A stretch of DNA of 64,000 bases, from NCBI RefSeq assembly GCF_009914755.1, contig NC_060925.1; one strand, 5' to 3'. This DNA comes from the human T2T-CHM13v2.0 reference genome, Homo sapiens. A program made the position numbers and the translations under genes. Every line of letters begins with the position of its first letter. The first letter of the stretch is position 1. The notes under the pieces were generated by a model. The model saw only the letters and a program-made list of their open reading frames with translations, was not told the DNA's origin and made no database searches. Of this stretch, positions 60,996 through 64,000 are shown one piece after another.

Positions 60996-62563
60996 GTTCA
61001 CTGAGTGATATTTCTCATAGGTAGTCATATCTTGATTAACCTTATTCCTATTTTAAGTCAGAGACAGTGTCTGATTTTCTATTGCTGGTTTGAGACCCAC
61101 TTGATAGAAATCCAGCCACCTACACACTACTTAGTTAGGAATACATTTTAAGCATTCAGAACCTATATACAATATTTTGAATTTTGGAAAGTAAAATGAG
61201 CAGGAGCGTAGTAATTAGTCAACATGCCACAAGTTGGCTTCACCATCTCACTGCTTTGAGAAATTGTAACTGCTGCATCTCACCATTCCTACCTTAAGTT
61301 AGTATTTTATTGCTTGCAAAATATTTTTTATTAGAATAGAAATGCTCAAAGCAGATAGAAAGATACTCCTTGTTAGGCAAATATTGCTTGACTAGTAATA
61401 ATCAATAAATAATGAATATTTATACCACAAAAATAAATGAGATAAATTAATATACTTATTTTGTTAGAAGAAAAAATGAGTATTTATCTGCTACAAAGGT
61501 GGGATGATCTGAAGTACTCTTATCAGACATCTATCCGATGCCCCGGTAAGTAGTGTCAGAGGACAAGAAAAGGTCCGGAGACCCACTTGTAGCCAGAGTT
61601 TGCAGAAGCTGAGAGAAGTAGGCAATAGCTGCTGCAGGAAAGATTCTATTGCCAATGTATAATAATCCCTTTTTACCAATGGCAGGCATTTACTTTGCCT
61701 TAGGAAATATGTAACATTTACCTTTGAACCTTTTAATCACTGGCAACTGATACTAATGCAAGACAGGTAAACCTTTCCTTATACTTTGGGAAAGAGCAAT
61801 TGACTACTGAAAAAGAGTCAGTGGTTCACAAAGACCAGTAAAGCAAACAAAAAGTATATTTAATATATGGCCACTTCAGATCTAAGGGATATAATCACCT
61901 AACAGGAGAGTAAATCCCCTGAGCCATTTTATGTTTTTACATGTAAAATGTTTCTTCAGTTTGAGTTGATATTAACTCTATAAACTACTCATATTTTGGT
62001 ATATTCATTTATTCTGCCTGTAAAGACTCGCTTTCTGATTTGCCCTCACATCTGTGCTTGCTGGAGGAACAGATGCTCAGTTCCTAACGGTCAAAGTTTG
62101 GCCTTTTCCCTCCTATCACTAAACCAGAAAGAAACAGGGTTCCGAAGAATGGTGGCAGCTTTCCAATGGTTGGCCTGCACGTTTACATTTAAAGTAAGCA
62201 GGTGGCATCAATGGGCTGTCTAATGACTAACAAGATAAGAGTGCAATTGATCTTTTTATTAACCCATCTCCCCAGGTGGGTGGCAGCCTGCTCCTCCCCT
62301 CTGGGTTCAGTCACGTTGTTCAGTTCCAGGAATCGTTTTAGATCTTTTTGCTTTTTTGTCTGAGCTGATACTTAAAACACAGGGACACAAGCACTAATAT
62401 CCATCTCATCTAAATTCTATTCTCTCTGTATCTCCAAATTGGTAAATGCCTTCATCATTTGAATCTAATAAAAAAATTAATGCACATGCTAATGCATTTT
62501 CAATTTCATTGATAATCTTTTCATGCTGAATTTGAACTGTGGATTTGTTTGTCTCCCTTCTAG

Positions 62564-62632
62564 GTTACAGACCACTTACTCTAAACTTCACAAATGGTTC
62601 TGAAGAGTATGGAGCCTACGTAGATTCATAAG
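62564..62632 (+). other. Candidate 69-nt exon (host transcript unknown)
   Basis: Acceptor tttgtttgtctcccttctag| and donor aag|gtaaat in unique sequence; no transcript evidence available. Confidence 0.4.
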
Positions 62633-63244
62633 GTAAATGATTAATTTCAAAATAAGATACAATAGCTTCAATTATGATATGAATTCAAGCACTGCCTAAA
62701 TGTATTTGCTTTATCTATTGGTGGTTTTCTAAGTTCTGATATTGGATGATCTTTTATTAAATGTAGAAGATAAAATCATGATCCTGGGTGGAGATGAGGG
62801 AAGAAGAAACTACATGTATGGGTTACCTCTCTCCATGAGTCAGGTTATTCGTTGTATGTTGCTTAAGACTGGCTGTCTACCTATCTAGATTTCTTACAAA
62901 ATTATGCTTGTGATCTTAGGCATTTTTCTGCCTTGGAGTATTCTTGGACATCACAAATCACATAGGCAAATAGAGATCAGTTAAAGTTGCTATTTTTTGC
63001 AAATGAAGCCAGAAATTATTCGGATGCATTCCTTTGTAGAAGTAGGATGAGGTACAAAATATCCTGTGGTGGTGTTAGATGAGGAAGTGTGGGCTGAAGG
63101 GACTTAGAGAGGACGGCCTCATATTTCTGTTTCTCTGAATCATGATCATCATTTGCTTTCCTGGTTATTACTAAGTAATTATACATTCCTAGAAGCTATG
63201 AATTCTATATTAAAGCGGACTTACATAGAATCTTTAATTCCACC

Positions 63245-63460
63245 TATAGCAAAATGATTAAAAGCCTAGCCTTCAGAGCCCACCTAAATTCAAAGTGTGA
63301 TTCTGTCATTTACCAGCTATGTGGCTGTGGGCTCCACATTCTTATTTGCAAAATGGGAGAAATTGTCATACCTACTTTCAAGAGTTGTGGCATAGCATAA
63401 ACAAATTAGTAGGTGTAAAATGCTTAAAATATTGCCTGGCACCTAGTAAGCACTAAATTT
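63245..63460 (+). mobile_element. MIR SINE
   Basis: ttctgtcatttaccagctatgtggct...atttgcaaaatgggaga...gtaaaatgcttaaaatattgcctggcacctagtaagcac. Confidence 0.75.
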
Positions 63461-64000
63461 ACTGATTTCACAAAGCTCTATTTTTTGATGTCCTCACTTT
63501 ACGGATTGTTTCACTAAATCTCTATTTTTCAACCTCCTCACCTTACTTGCTTCAGGTTCTCAATTCTTCCATAGTCCACAAACTTGGAGGCTATAGCAAT
63601 TATTAAGGGAACCAAACTCTGAGTTCTGTTTTAGCAGCCTCTCTCCAATACTTTCATGTAAATGCCAGGAAAGAAAATAATTGGCATCCCATTGCCCTTT
63701 GAATGAGTTCCTGGCTCGCTCTAGGTGGTGTGACGTGTAAAGTGACCTGAAAGTGGGGTGCCTGCCAGCCCGGCGCACAGCACAGCGTAGTTGGAGAATC
63801 AATTACAAGGCTTGTCACCATTTCAGAAACATGCAAACATCAATTGGTATAGAGTTTCAGGAAGCAGAATAAAAAGGAACCTACAAAACAAAAAGCCTTT
63901 CAGGGGAATGGAGGCACAGTTCTTCCAGATCACAAACGGATGATTATGATCACCATTAGCACTTAATGAGCCTATATAGGGCCAATGACTTCATCCGCCC

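Overview
AT-rich primate (probably human or ape) genomic DNA, intronic or intergenic, with no CpG island and no intact protein-coding gene that I can recognise. It is dominated by transposable elements: about 16 Alu elements (many with clear target-site duplications, TSDs), a near-full-length old L1M/L1MA (11.8-19.2 kb, minus strand) carrying two Alus and a THE1 LTR, several MaLR and ERV1 LTRs, a hAT MER63-type DNA transposon, and MIR/L2 relics. The one clear gene-derived feature is a processed HNRNPA3 pseudogene (43,961-45,892, + strand). It sits inside a nested retroelement stack: a deleted ERV1 provirus with a decayed primer-binding site, whose LTR was hit by an Alu monomer, the retrocopy and a second related LTR. 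The best leads are: (i) a 170-aa ORF in the retrocopy that keeps only the Gly-rich low-complexity domain, held open by compensating frameshifts that skip a stop; (ii) an LTR-antisense retrocopy-LTR layout that could transcribe antisense HNRNPA3 RNA; (iii) two candidate + strand exons near 61.5 and 62.6 kb that splice in frame. Repeat subfamily names come from recalled consensus sequences, not a database search. Nothing here demonstrates a new biological system; the leads are hypotheses.
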